Assembly (NCBI GenBank): GCA_051362555.1
Contig: CM120641.1
Coordinates: 26,976,401-27,040,400, forward strand
DNA: 64,000 bases
Reading direction: 5' to 3'
Source of the DNA: Lingula anatina
Taxonomy: Eukaryota; Animalia; Brachiopoda
In this document: positions 53,501 through 64,000 of the stretch, in pieces
How positions within the stretch are numbered: position 1 is the first letter of the stretch
How the letters are laid out: every line of letters begins with the position of its first letter
Translations under genes and position numbers: made by a program
The notes under the pieces: model-generated
What the model saw: only the letters and a program-made list of their open reading frames with translations
Database searches by the model: none
Told to the model about the DNA's origin: nothing

Positions 53501-56500
53501 CTTGAAATACTTCAGTTGTGTAAATGTACATTCGCAATATGCAATAAATTTTAAACAAAATGAACCTCTAAAATACCTTTTAATACCAGCAATTGAAAAA
53601 AGGTTTTATTCATAAAAACTTTCCAAACTAGAGGATCAGAGAGGCGATACCGCCTCCGAATATTGTACCACCAGCTGGAGCAAGCGCATTCGTATAGACC
53701 CCCACATACACAAAATAAGAGACACAGCCACCAGTCTTATGCTTGACAAGCTATAAAAATGCAATCAACAAGAATTTTCAAAATACGCAAAAAATATATA
53801 TAACTTAAAATGGTACAATCAAAATTAAGTTCATCGTAAGGTAGGTCAAAGGTCAATTTCAAGGTCACAGTAAATTGCCAGTATATGACTTCCTATTCAA
53901 CTTCAATAGTAACTATGGACCTATCTCTGCCAGGTTTGGAGTTAAAAGAGAAAGAAATTAGCAGAGTTCAGTTCATGATTATAAGTAGGTCAAAGGTCAA
54001 TTTCAAGGTCACACTTAGATTGCCAGTGTATGACTTCCTATTCAAGTTCAATAGTAACTATGGACCTATCTCTGCCAGTTTTGGAAATAAAAGGGAACCA
54101 AAATTTGCAAAGTTCAATTCATGATAAAAAGTAGGTCAAAGGTCAATTTCAAGGTCACATTTAGATTGCCAGTATATGACTTCCTATTCAAGTTCAAAAG
54201 TAACTATGGACCTATCTCTGCCAGTTTTGGAGATAAAAGGGAACCAAAATTTGCAAAGTTCAACTCATGGTGAAAAGTAGGTCAAAGGTCAATTTCAAAG
54301 TCACATTTAGATTGCCAGTATATGACTTCCTATTCAACTTCAATAGTAACTATGGACCTATCTCTGCCAGTTTTGGAGATATAAGGGACTAAATGTTATA
54401 ATTTTGGAGTTACCATAATGTGCCATAAATTTTCTACGGAAAAAATTAATAAAAATAAAGAAAAGGTCATTTTGGTCAAAATTCTTGAAATGGGAGGTGC
54501 TCTGAAGTTCCAGATGTTCTAATTTGATGAAATAATGTCATTTTTGACCACAAGTTGTCTGCTTTGCCAAGCCTTATTCCGGAGTTCAAAATTTATTATC
54601 CATTACTGTACTGCACATTTTGCTTTAACCACCAATATGTACTTTTTGATACAGCGTAACTTTGGAGATAAAAGGGAAGCAAAATTTGCAAAGTTCAGTT
54701 CATGGTGAAAAGTAGGTCAAAGGTCAATTTCAAGGTCACAGAAAGATTGCCAGTATATGACTTCACAAGTTCAATAGTAACTATGGACCTATCTCTGCCA
54801 GTTTTGGAGATAAAAGGGAACCAAAATTTGCAAAGTTCAATTCATGATAAAAAGTAGGTCAAAGGTCAATTTCAAGGTCACATTTAGATTGCCAGTATAT
54901 GACTTCCTATTCAACTTCAGTAGAAACTATGGACCTATCTCTGCCAGGTTTGGAGTTAAAAGAGAAAGAAATTAGCAGAGTTCAGTTCATGGTGAAAAGT
55001 AGATCAAAGGTCAATTTTAAGGTCACATTTAGATTGCCAGTATATGACTTCCTATTCAACTTCAATAGTGACTATGGACCTATCTCTGCTAGTTTTGGAG
55101 ATAAAAGGGAAGCAAAATTTCCAAAGTTCAGTTCATGGTGAAAAGTAGGTCAAGGGTCAATTTCAAGGTCACATTTAGATTGCCAGTATATGACTTCATA
55201 TTCAAGTTCAATAGAAACTATGGACCTATCTCTGCCAGTTTTGGAGATAAAAGGGAGGCAAAATTTGCAAAGTTCAGTTCATGGTGAAAAGTAGGTCAAA
55301 GGTCAATTTTAAGGTCACATTTAGATTGCCAGTATATGACTTCCTATTCAACTTCAATAGTAACTATGGACCTATCTCTGCCAGTTTTGGAGATAAAAGG
55401 GTAGCAAAATTTGCAAAGTTCAATTTATGGTGAAAAGTAGGTCAAAGGTCAATTTCAAGGTCACAGTAAGATTGCCAGTATATGACTTCCTATTCAACTT
55501 CAATAGTAACTATGGACCTATCTCTGCCAGTTTTGGAGATATAAGGGACTAAATGTTATAATTTCGGAGTTACCTTAATGTGCCATAAATTTCCTACAGA
55601 AAAAATAAATTAAAATAAAGAAAAGGTCATTTTGGTCGAAATTCTTGAAATGGGAGGTGCTCTGAAGTTCCAGAAGTTCAAATTTGATGAAATAATGTCA
55701 TTTTTGACCACAAGTTGTCTGCTTTGCCAAGCCTTATGTTTTATTTTTCCAGAGTTCAAAATTTATTATCCATTACCGTACTGCACATTTTGCTTTCACC
55801 ACCAATATGTACTTTTTGATACAGCGTAACTCGAAAACCGTATGGAATACAAAAAAACGGAGACCACCTCCAGTGTTGGGCTTTACATGCTCTACAAAAT
55901 GCAAAAAAGAATGGGTCTCTAGCATTAACGGTTCCCGAATTAGAGACAGTTTTCAGTTTCGGTATCTTATGGCCGCTACACCCGTGAAAATGCACCGATT
56001 GACCCCAAATTCACACAGATGAAAGATGACCTGAAGGGTAACATTTTCCAATAATATTATTGGTTAAGTCTGTGTGGTGTCTGAATAACAGCGCAAATAA
56101 TTTTTTTTTCGTAAAAAAATTCATTTTTTTGAAAATTTTTGCCCGTTTGACCTTGAAATAAAGGTCAAAGGTCAAATCCAAGGGCATATTTGAAATCTAC
56201 ACATATGACTTTTGGAAAGCCGTCTGTAGAAATTTTTCCCATAATTCCTTCCGTAGGGTAGATAATTAGCATTTAATTTTGCCATTTTTGGACAAGGGTG
56301 CATTGCAATGAGTGCCACACCTAGACCCCAATACCGACAAAGCCCAAATTTTACGTGGAACGAGTTGAGATTATAGGTGACCTAAATCCAAGAGATGGGT
56401 ATGGGGGCCCTTACCGTCTAGGAGGAGAAGCGGTAACGGTAACATGGCGGCGGAGCCGGCGGAGCCGGCGGAGCCGGCGGAGCCGGCGGAACGGACCGGA

Positions 56501-58540
56501 CGGGACTAAAACCATGTGTACCGCCAGCGCTAACGCTGGTGGTACAATAAAAGGATAATGATATATGTTTTCTAAAGTCACACTTTTTATATATTTTACA
56601 ACTGTCAACTCACATCTGTTTTACAGACAGAGCTAAGAGGAAGAATAGACAAGATCCTGAGGAAAACGTAGAAATGCTCAATGCATCAGATACAGCTAAG
56701 AGAAAGGATAGCCAGGATTCAGAGGAAAATACAAAAATGCTCAATGAATCAGAGAGTACGTCCAAACTTTCACCTGATGAAACACCTCCCTCAACGGGAC
56801 AGTCTCGTACCAGAAATTATGAAAGGGAGGACAGCAAGGATCGCCTCAGCATAAATCCTATGCAACCACCGCCTCTCCATTCAGACCAGCAGGTTCAACC
56901 TTCAACAGGGAGGGATCCAGATGACATGGTTCTCAAGCACTCAGCTGATCCTGAGTCAAGTCAAGTAGCAACCATAAATGAAAAAAATCAAACAGCAACC
57001 CCTTGGACACTGGAGGATTCAGAAAGATATCGCAAAAGAGAAGATAATGATGTGGTAACCAGTCCCACCACCACCACCACAGACAGTGGCTTCCCTCAGA
57101 GTGATCCAAATTCTCAGACAACAACTCCAGATCATACACACAGATCCTCATCAAGAGAAGAATCACCAGAAGGTTCCTCAGATCCAGGAATTAAGGTCAT
57201 GAACAGTTCAAATGTCCCACAGCCTCCATCATCTGCCATTTTAAAAACAGCCTCTCCATGTGCAAACCAAACAAATTATCGACATGTCAATGGCCTAACT
57301 GAACCAAAACCAAATAGCTTCCATTTTACTGCTAATGGTTCAGTTATTGATATTCATATACATGCCCCCCCTCTTACTAATAATAACAATCCACTAAACA
57401 ATGATACTCAAGAGAAGAATTCTCCCCATAATATTAACCCCTCAACACAAGATAAATGTGAGCTTGTGACATCCAAGAATGGAGGACAAGGGATTTCATC
57501 CCCAACCCAAGAAACTTTTAAAAAAGCACAATTGGCAAATGGACACACTTGTTAAAGGATGGCTCATATTAATCTAGCTACATGTATATCAGTTGGTTTA
57601 AATTAATGTTATTCTACAACACTGTGCTAGAGCCAGTGGGGAAACCATTCAAAGAAGATGCCGAGGCCCATAATACATATGCTAACGATGATGTTACATG
57701 TACATGTGTAATAAACAGAAGGTTGTGAGGACTTTGTAGAGCCAATCAAACGGGTGATATTGTACAGTAACTTTGTGTTAGCTAGATTGAAAAAAAAAAA
57801 ACTTATAGAAAACTGTATACTTTTTCAGCCATTTTAGATAAAGTAAAATGTTGACTAAAACACTAGTGACTGACCTTAATTGGACTGATGTTTCGGTCTG
57901 TTTGTATCGGACACTGCAACTTTGCCAGTACTAGTACATGTACATTGTAAATGGTTTTCTTGCCTCAGTTCGCAGTCTTGTGTACCGGCAAGTTAGGTAC
58001 CCTTACTGCAGGTAAGGCTGTGTCTGGTGTTTCAGACTGTAGTGACTAAGCTGGAGAATATACAGAGATGTGTATACTTACTTTAGTGTCTTGTTCTTCG
58101 CTTTTATTAATGTTTTTTCCTGAAACTGAATTTTTGGTATTTTCTTCCCCCTTCTTTTCAGCATCATTAGTTTTGATGGCACTTTCATGAAATGCTCCCA
58201 CACTGCACTTCAGTGGATGAGTTTGTATTCTGCATAATGGAAATGACTTTCTCCTTTCGTAGTTCAACCTCTCAGTTCGAGTATTTTTTGGGCTTCTTGT
58301 GTAAAATGAAATTTTATCAATTTTGCAAACATTACTTAGACAACGCCAATGTTTGATGCATCGCTCAGACTTGCGATATATTCTTGATGTTTGACTAAAT
58401 GCATGTATTTTTATTATCGTAGATAAATGCCTTTTCCCAGTGTTTACTCCACTGCTGTGGACAAAACGTTTGGTGCAGTAAGGACTCGAAAAACTAAACA
58501 GTGTCCGTGCGACAAAACTAAACTCACAAACTGCAGCCAT
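41101..58540 (-). CDS. CRLS1: Cardiolipin synthase (CMP-forming), CDP-alcohol phosphatidyltransferase family; 7 coding exons, 358 aa
   Basis: Exons on the minus strand: 58540-58082, 49880-49743, 44484-44355, 43771-43686, 43459-43391, 41580-41489, 41203-41101. All introns are GT-AG with consistent phases (0,0,1,0,0,2), total 1077 nt. Translation includes KENILTVPNALTVSRIVLSPFLGYL, the CDP-alcohol phosphotransferase motif [84 protein letters not shown] and WYVTGATTLLSGLSY, collinear with animal CRLS1. Exon 1 is basic and Ser-rich, like a mitochondrial targeting region. Confidence 0.95.
41436..41474. repeat. (AAAT)n microsatellite next to the CRLS1 exon 6 donor
   Basis: Direct reading. Confidence 0.9.
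41668..41892 (+). mobile_element. Short HINE/DINE-like non-autonomous element (family C)
   Basis: SubTIRs acctccgccaa (41672) and ttggcagaggt (~41855), a tgtc/tgtt microrepeat, and a 3' end in ...ctagtt. Confidence 0.6.
41910..43328. mobile_element. MITE / non-autonomous PIF-Harbinger-like element in CRLS1 intron 5
   Basis: Perfect 34-bp TIR ggccacacttttttatttttatggatgacatcct, flanked by a TTA target-site duplication on both sides (41907-41909, 43329-43331). Confidence 0.85.
42661..42997. mobile_element. 337-bp TTAA-flanked MITE (Kolobok/piggyBac-type target) nested in the Harbinger-like element
   Basis: 19-bp TIR aggtataataactcttcgt / acgaagagttattatccct with 1 mismatch; TTAA on both sides. 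Confidence 0.8.
44491..44551. repeat. (AAAT)n microsatellite abutting the CRLS1 exon 3 acceptor
   Basis: Direct reading. It reads (TTTA)n on the transcribed strand. Confidence 0.9.
44756..48787 (-). mobile_element. HINE-like element family B as a head-to-tail concatemer (~1189-bp units) in CRLS1 intron 2
   Basis: Left end aacaaggcagcaaagctgtcaaatgtacagac has a hairpin and subTIR. Right end has the palindrome tatgtacagacac-atct-gtgtctgtacata, preceded by GC-rich gacggc/ggcatc microrepeats. Units at 45523-46710 and 46711-47899 are nearly identical (their ORF-track peptides repeat with a 1189 offset). Each unit has ~160-bp subrepeats. Confidence 0.75.
49508..49728. mobile_element. ~220-bp foldback MITE with ~80-bp imperfect inverted arms, next to the CRLS1 exon 2 donor
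   Basis: ttcccataaacctatcgtactagcaggattaatcttactccaggggaatcttgctaaattgca pairs with tgcgatttagtgagaatcccctcggagatagattgatcctgctagtacaataaggttatgggaa. Confidence 0.7.
51532..57555 (+). CDS. Type I membrane protein, TNF-receptor-like with a single Grindelwald/BCMA-type cysteine-rich domain, nested antisense in CRLS1 intron 1; 4 exons, 468 aa
   Basis: Exon 51532-51599: signal-peptide-like MKNYNIILFTLHLIQPIFAAVC, donor AG|GTGAGT. Exon 52582-52709: RKNEECSKDQYCDIIGLGHCVDCSTICNVNTNAMQKECERVCP. Exon 53043-53324: Thr-rich stalk, TM VMAGVITGALIAVAALFIAVGVLIYCL, then basic KKGKR. Exon 56627-57555: long low-complexity S/T/P/Q cytoplasmic tail with PEENVE and PTQET. Phases 2,1,1 join without stops (1407 nt). 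AATAAA at 57710. Confidence 0.8.
53626..56550 (-). mobile_element. HINE-like element family A, copy 2, inside intron 3 of the nested TNFR-like gene
   Basis: Same termini as copy 1 (ctagaggatcagagaggcgataccgcctc ... tgtaccgccagcgctaacgctggtggtaca). Contains ~10 146-bp units, an internal duplication (~54370-54660 repeated at ~55520-55830) and (GGAGCCGGC)n at ~56450-56490. Confidence 0.75.
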
Positions 58541-58761
58541 AGTACTAAACTACTCTCTAATCCAAATATCGGAATTTAGTAAATATTCCAATAGAAATAC
58601 ATCTAAAAGTCAAATTTCTTAATGAAATTGTATCTAATGCTTTATTAAAAAGAGAAAAGTTACATTCAAGTATTTGAAAATATATCTTTTGATATAATCA
58701 CATGGAAATAATTCCATTGTTGGGTTTCAAGATTAACACTGACAACAATATCCGGTGAACG
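58541..58761. promoter_or_regulatory. Compact bidirectional promoter and 5' UTR region shared by CRLS1 and GNPNAT1
   Basis: Divergent ATGs at 58540 (-) and 58762 (+). CpGs appear locally retained at ~58250-59100 compared with the flanking gene bodies. Confidence 0.7.
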
Positions 58762-61700
58762 ATGGAGGTGAGTTTGAGTGGGCATCCCAGGCGAAATTCT
58801 TTGCGTTTTATCACTGATATTTTTACACAGTAATAACGAATAAGTTGTGAATGACTTCGATTTATAGTGTAGTTCATTGTAGTTGGATTTCAGTAGGATA
58901 ATGTTTTGTCTAGTCAACAAATCTTCTTTACCCTCTGAGAGGGTGCGGCAGAGCTAAAAGGGGGGGGGGGGGGGGGGGGCGCAGACGTAGCATACTGTAC
59001 TAGCATACATTAGTAGATCTTATTATTCTGTTCCACGTACACGTGTCTTTGCCAACATGTGAACGTTGACAAAATATCAACGTCTCAGATGTATTTTGTT
59101 TTAATTGCGAAATATAATTAGACTTCACTTAAATTAAATTATTTTAAAAATGGACTCTGTCACCAAATAATTATATTGAAGTACAAATTTGAGAAATATG
59201 AAGTAGACGGTATCATTCACGACAAGTCTGGGTGCATAAGAGCTTCCAATATTTTTAAAAAGCTAATGGGGATGGCAGAAAACAGACACACAGTCATACA
59301 GACCTCCAGAGTTTCCAATCTGTAACTACCTAACTTTATTACCCTTTATTATAATTGAGGGGTGGTGGTTGGATTGGGGGGGAGAGACTTTTTTCTGTAC
59401 TTCAATGTTGGCTTTTAATTGACCATTTATTAAGAATTTTCCTTAATTCAGTAATTTCTGTATTTGCCAATTCTACATAAATCAAGTTATTTTCAACTAC
59501 TAGAAGAAGATGTGTATACTTGATAAATATTTTACATTCATTCAATTTTTATTTTTATTTATATGAAGATTTTATATTTAATACAATTAATGCATATGTT
59601 TGAGAAAAAGTAAGACAAGTGCCAGTGTGTTGCAAATAAATGCTTCTTATCATGCAACATGAAGAGCTGCATTTTAAAGAAGCAGTGAATAACTTAAAAT
59701 GTGAGGTCAGAACATAAATCTCTAATGTCACTCGATGTCACAACACATATGGAACAGAGCTATGTTTTGTATTTGGTACTGCATCACTTATGTACAGTTG
59801 CATGCAGTCTCATTCACCATGTTGAATGAAAAATACTGAGTTAGGTTATATAAATATATTTAACCTATCTAGATTGAAAACAAGACCTATTTCTGTTTCG
59901 GTGTCAGTGAACTTTATATGTCTGGAGAGGTGACAGATGTCGAAATAGGCGTGGCATCTTACAGAAGCAGCTGATACTGTGCAAAGTAATTACAGAAAAG
60001 CTGTAGGACTTCAGCATAAGCACTTCCTTAGCTATACCTTGGTGGTGAGTTTATTCTTGAATATTGGAGAAGAACCATATTATGAATTTCATAATGGCAG
60101 CTGCAGTGAAAATGGGTGGAAATGATCATGTTAAATATGATTCGCAAGTGTTTATTACATGTCTGCTTATTTTCAGAATGGGGCCATGGAAGAGGTTTAC
60201 TTGTATGAGCCTAAACTCTTGAAGGAGATAGACTTTTCAACAGTTGAAAATAAATTTAAACATGGTATCTCACCCATAAATCCAGGGGAAAATCTGATTT
60301 TGAGGCCACTGTCCTCAGGTGATTTTGACAGAGGTAAGTATCACTGGGAAAGACTTTGGTTTCATATCAATAACCTTGGTGAATGTATAGGCCTTTAAAG
60401 ATCATTACCTTGTCAGTAAGCTGCAGGGCGTGAGGGAGGTATTCTCCCTTTCACAAGTTTGCATCTACTAGGAAGCCAAAGTACCAACCAAAATTAATGG
60501 ATAGTGTCAAGTTTGAAAGGTTCGGTTTGGGTGATAAACTTACAAAAGAACCAGACTACTAAGCTGTCTGTATCTTAAAACATACTTAGAAGTGCAGAGG
60601 GAATGCTGATATATAACCCTCAGTATGAAAAAGCCTTCTGATCACAGTGCATGTAAAAGATGTTCAAAGGTATAAATTATGACAGTCTCTTTTCACCTGT
60701 AATTTTAAAAGTAAGAAGCCTCATTCAACTTGTACAGTGCCAAGTATTGTGATTGGTATTGCTTATCTCCCTGTAATAACAGTACTGTGTGCTGGCTGAA
60801 CAGGGTTATCATTATGACCAGCACAAGTACAGGTAGGATTTCATAACATTAAGAAGGGAACATTATTCAAAAGCCCTCATGAATTAAAGATACAAAATTT
60901 TTAAATCTTAATTACTCATGAATAGTTGTGTGGATTCCGGATGTGTCTCTTAAAATATTTCATACTGCAGAATTAACCTCTAAATGCAGCACAAGAAATG
61001 AATTTCTAAAATATAAAACTTTCCATTGAAATACAGTGAAAATGCAGTGGAAGTAAATTAATTTAAAGGCTTTGAAATTCCCACTGATGTAATGCAATGC
61101 TTTCTGTTGTTTTTTTTTTCAGGTTTTCTACAACTCCTAACACAACTGACGTCTGTAGGGGAGGTCTCCAGAGCTATGTTTGAAGGTATGTATATACAAA
61201 TATATAATAGTTTTGTTGCATTTATGTTTTAAACTGCACAAATGCTGTAGAAAATGTCTTGGATCTACTTTTCAGTTACAGAAATAGGAGTTTGTTAAAA
61301 AGTTACTTTAACTCAAAATGATATAAATGAATATTATAGAAGAGAGACAGTTAAAAATTACGAGTACTTGCTTGGGTATAAAGTCTGTTTTCAGTACCGT
61401 TTGTTTCCACCAAAGCTATCAAATCAACTTCCTCCCATGTTTTTTAATGTTGACTAAAATATACATACCATTGACTGTTACAGAAACCTACTGACTTGAT
61501 CCAATAACTTATAAATGTTTGAATTTCTTGCTATGTTGCTTTCATTGTAGATCAGTTTAACAACATGAAAGCATGCAAGAACACTTACTATGTTACTGTG
61601 ATTGAAGATAAAGAGACAAATGCTGTAATAGGAGCTGCTTCCTTAGTTTGTGAAGAAAAATTTATCCATGCAACTGGAAAGGTAACAAATTTTACGCGTA

Positions 61701-62400
61701 CAAGTGTTTTGATAAATTAAAACAATTGGAAAAAAAGCACAATGACTTTGACTTATATATTTATTATTATTACTGTTATATATTATTATGATGTTGATAT
61801 GATTTACCAGTTCCTAACTAATGACAGTTGAGGTTACTAAGATTTTATCATAACACAGCAGTTACTTAGATAGTCAGTTATTCAAAAGGATTAGCTTGGT
61901 GCAAATTACATTTTTTTTTTCGTGATATTCATTTGATTGTATAGTTGTACCTAAAAAATACTATAAGCTCTAACTTGTATATTTTTGGCAGAGAGGAAGA
62001 GTTGAAGATGTTGTGGTTAGCAGTGATTATAGAGGAAAACAATTAGGAAAAGTGTGAGTATATTTTAAAGCTGGGTTTGTTTTAGATGTTAAATTGGACA
62101 TGCCTCTTCATTTCCTTAATCATTAACTGTATCATTTATTATTATTACATGTGAAAAAAAAATGGATGACTAATCTTGGATGACTAATCTACACACTGTA
62201 ATTCTTACATAGATTATTCTGTCTTATATCTTCAGCTCTAGACTTTTTTTTCCAGGCTTGTAGCAGCTTTGACTTTTCTTGGAAAACATGTTGGATGTTA
62301 TAAAATGTCGTTGGAATGTACAGACGACATGGTTCCTTTTTATCAGCAGCTGGGATATATAAGAGAACAGAACTACATGCAACAGCGATTCAAGAATTAA
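58762..62400 (+). CDS. GNPNAT1: Glucosamine-6-phosphate N-acetyltransferase (GNAT family); 6 coding exons, 187 aa
   Basis: Exons: 58762-58767 (ATG GAG|gtgagt; the least certain exon), 60177-60333, 61123-61185, 61551-61681, 61992-62053, 62256-62400. Introns are GT-AG with consistent phases, total 564 nt. Translation MENGAMEEVYLYEPKLL...PGENLILRPLSSGDFDRGFLQLLTQLTSVG...YYVTVIED...IGAASLVCEEKFIH...RGRVEDVVVSSDYRGKQLGKVL...GCYKMSLEC...FYQQLGY...NYMQQRF* is typical GNA1/GNPNAT1, including the acetyl-CoA motif RGKQLG. Confidence 0.95.
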
Positions 62401-64000
62401 AACAAGATTTTGAAATGGAACAAGTTTTTCAGAAAAATCATGGCTCAAAAATTGAATTCCTTTAGAGCACTGTTACTGGCTCCAATATGTCCCATACTTT
62501 TTAAGTATGAACAGTATAAAAAATTGTGGACTACTGATTTCCTGCCTGAATTTCCATCTAGATAATGAACTAGTAAATAGTTGTTTAACCTTTGTAGAGG
62601 AATTTGGAAATGGTCAGCTAGAATATTTTATATGCCATGTGTCTTTACAAGAGGAATTGATCAAAAGAGGATTCAAGTCTTAACAACGAGTATTTATTAA
62701 TCTTCGGGCAGAAGGGTATGTGCCTCATCTTTGCAGCTGTTTCACTATAAAGATCTGACATCTCTTATAAAATCTTCCCATCAGTAGTTTGTGCTCATAT
62801 TTTGACAAGCTGTTTAAATGTACAGAATTGTTGAATTTTTTTTTCATCATTAATACCTAAAACTAAGGTATTCCAGAATTATCTTTACTAATGCTGTCAA
62901 AACCATTAAATTGAGCTTTTTATTATTATCATTATTTTTTTTTGTGTGTGTGTGTAGCCAAGGTTCAGGGTCAAGAAATATATAAATGGGCATCACGCAG
63001 CTGGTGAAACTATGGCATAATCTGTGATAAAGAACAACAATACCTATAGACTTTGATAAAAACAAGTTGAATACAACATAATTGTGTATTTTGAACAAAA
63101 TAGTTTGTGTGTGTCACATAATTGTATATTTTGTTTGAAAAGTACATTGACCAATTGCAATATGAACATTTTGCCACGAGACTTAATTAGCTTTTATACT
63201 AGAATGCGGTTTGCTTGAAGAAGCTGGTCATTTGTATCTCAAAATGGGTCCAGGGTTTTTCAATTACTTGTTTTCATATATTATAATTATACTATAATTG
63301 CTTTTGGTAGTACATGTGAAAATGGTAGATTAGGACCAGATGATTTTAAATGCCTCTGAATCAAGGAATAATTGGATGCATGAAAAATCATTTGCAGTAG
63401 CAAATTTGTAGAATTAAATAGTTTTCTAACATGATATACATGCAAGATCTGGAATGTCTCAAGAACCTGGTGTAAAGTTTATGTATCATCTTTTTGTGTT
63501 CATGTCTGTAGGTGCATGCTTAAAAATTGCTACCTAGTTTGTACTAATATTTTATGTGAAATCCTGTGAGAGGTGTGTCTGCCAAGCCTCACCATAAAAA
63601 CTCCCAAAAAAAGAAAAAGAAAAAACTGTGATTGTCCAGAAAAGTTTATCTCTAGTCATTATGCAATCCATGTATAGTTTTTACTTCATGTAATTTTAAT
63701 GTTCATATGTAATGATATCATAAATCATTAAAATCCAATGACATATGTACACTGGGTGTGAAATTCAGAGGATGCATACACACCATTTAAGTGTGTAAAT
63801 ATATCTCTATATGATTGAAGTTTCATTTATGTTTATTAAAATACAAAGACAATATCGGTGGGAAAGGTTTTAAGAATGAATGGTTATATTTATTTACTAA
63901 TGCAGTCCAAAATGTGCAGCGATTCACAATAAATATCAGGTGTATAGCTGATATAGTTTGTTGGCTTGATGTTCTGCAACATTTTTCACCATACCTGTTG

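Noticed and set aside
58960-58979. Poly-G tract in GNPNAT1 intron 1
   Set aside because: A simple homopolymer whose length is unreliable; no further support for function.

Overview
AT-rich eukaryotic genomic DNA from an invertebrate animal, probably a lophotrochozoan such as a mollusc; this assignment is inferred from the repeat style only. Bases ~1-32 kb contain no supportable protein-coding gene. They look like a relatively CpG-rich regulatory desert with microsatellites, MITEs, a 34-bp minisatellite, a decayed TIR transposon and a CR1-type LINE remnant. Bases ~33-64 kb hold three spliced genes that I reconstructed exon by exon with consistent phases. (1) Cardiolipin synthase CRLS1: minus strand, 7 exons, 358 aa. 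(2) GNPNAT1: plus strand, 6 exons, 187 aa, head-to-head with CRLS1 with the ATGs 222 bp apart. (3) A 4-exon, 468-aa type I membrane protein nested antisense in CRLS1 intron 1, with a Grindelwald-type single cysteine-rich TNF-receptor domain and TRAF-binding motifs; its first two exons are absent from the ORF track. Downstream of CRLS1 is a fragmented CRLS1 duplicate interleaved with non-autonomous Helentron-like (HINE/DINE-1-like) elements. One of these element families carries 146-bp tandem units packed with consensus nuclear-receptor response elements. All calls were made by eye; no searches were run.
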